From positions 738,152 to 802,151 of the forward strand of contig NW_027192191.1 of NCBI RefSeq assembly GCF_041956535.1: a stretch of 64,000 nucleotides of DNA. Direction: 5' to 3'. Positions within the stretch are counted from its first letter, which is position 1. Each line of letters starts with the position of its first letter. This document shows positions 62,976 to 64,000 of the stretch, one piece after another. The position numbers and the translations under genes were made by a program. Under the pieces are notes generated by a model. That model saw only the letters and a list, made by a program, of their open reading frames with translations. It was not told the origin of the DNA and did no database searches. Source of the stretch: Calcarisporiella thermophila CBS 279.70. Taxonomy: Eukaryota; Fungi; Calcarisporiellomycota.

Positions 62976-64000
62976 TTACAGGCCCGAGTCGTTGTACACC
63001 AAATCATAGCCAGGGAGGGCATCTTTGGTGGCAATTTGCTTCAGGTAGGCGAGCATCGAAGCGGGATCGCGCTGTTTAAGGGCCAAGAAATAGGCGATGA
63101 GACCAGCACCGTGTGCAGCGGATGGCGTCGTTCCGGAGATAGTGTTGTTCTTGTTGCCGGGCCAGGTGGAGGGGACACTGACTCCGGGGGCGAAGAGGGT
63201 GACGCACTTGCCATAATTGCTAAATGATGCCTTCTTATCATTGGCATCGGTGGCACCAATGCAGATGGCTTTTGCCGCACGGCAAGGGGAGTATTTGCAT
63301 CCGTCACTGTTAGCTTTTCCAGCGACAACCGCAAAGGGCAATCCAGATTCAACCGCCTTTGGTTTTGGAGATATAAAGTCAATATTTTGCAATGAAGATG
63401 CGTCTGTGGGTTCAAACCTTATTGATGGCTTCATCCATTGCGTCGGAAGCAGGCCCTCCCACGGTGAGAACCGCAACCGATTTGCCGTGATTGTTCTGCC
63501 TGGCGTGTTTGGCTGCCCAAGTGATACCGGCGATAACATCGCTGTTAAGCTCAAGTGGGTGAAGAGCGATACAAAAATTTACAAGTTGACTTGAACCTTA
63601 CCTGGTGCTTCCTGCGCCCGATTTATCCAGGACCTTCACGGCAACCAGTTTGGTCTTTTTAGCTGGGAATAAACAATGACTGAGAGTCAGGCGGAACCGA
63701 ATTCAATATATCAATTGAAATTTCTGCGAAGCTCACCCACTCCATAGGTCTTGCTCCCGATAATACCTGCTGTGTAAGTACCTTGTCCTAATAGCCATCG
63801 CTTATACGCTTAACTTGTTCTATGAATCTTTTCGACTCTGCAAACTTACCGTTTAAATCCGTATCTCCATCCTTGGCAAAGGTTGCACCCCAGCTTGCTC
63901 TTCCTTCAAACTCGGGATGCTGTATATCTATTCCCGTATCGATGACATAGCTGGTGGTTCCTTCGCCAGCCTTCGGATTATATACATATCCACCCCTTGC
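62976..64000 (-). CDS. Proteinase K-like subtilisin (S8A) paralogue 2, catalytically degenerate; 5' end outside window
   Basis: Same exon structure as paralogue 1: [35 protein letters not shown]. Confidence 0.9.

Noticed and set aside
1-64000. tRNA, rRNA, CRISPR arrays, TPP riboswitch, intact transposons
   Set aside because: None recognised by eye. A covariance-model and repeat-library scan would be needed to exclude small or diverged elements.

Overview
Eukaryotic, intron-rich (short GT-AG introns) gene-dense window, most consistent with an early-diverging fungus (Mucoromycota/Zoopagomycota-like; inferred from a Pil1-type eisosome gene together with an animal-type base-exchange phosphatidylserine synthase). 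About 25 protein-coding genes were reconstructed by manual splicing: PRI2 (3' part), a PY-motif membrane protein, a giant multi-ASH/Ig-like repeat protein, an MFS transporter, a PAQR/IZH protein, a HAD hydrolase, a G-alpha(i), a C2H2 TF, a SABATH-like methyltransferase, PTDSS, RPL26/RPP2, a Pil1-like protein, GLO2, a Rab GTPase, CMC2, a WW protein, bHLH, DDT/WHIM, an NDT80-like TF, and two tandem subtilisin paralogues around a Cys-rich secreted protein. An assembly gap lies at 60230-60810. The best candidate for an undescribed system is an AT-rich intronless island (24.0-28.1 kb). It holds a bacterial-type caspase (C14) ending in an acidic linker plus an N/G-rich amyloid-signalling-like motif, head-to-head with an orphan multi-pass membrane protein, which suggests a regulated cell-death/defence module. 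Other notable points are a Rab gene with no usable AUG (probable CUG start), a possible non-AUG mitochondrial extension of GLO2, and catalytically degenerate subtilisin duplicates. All family assignments come from motif recognition by eye; no searches were run.
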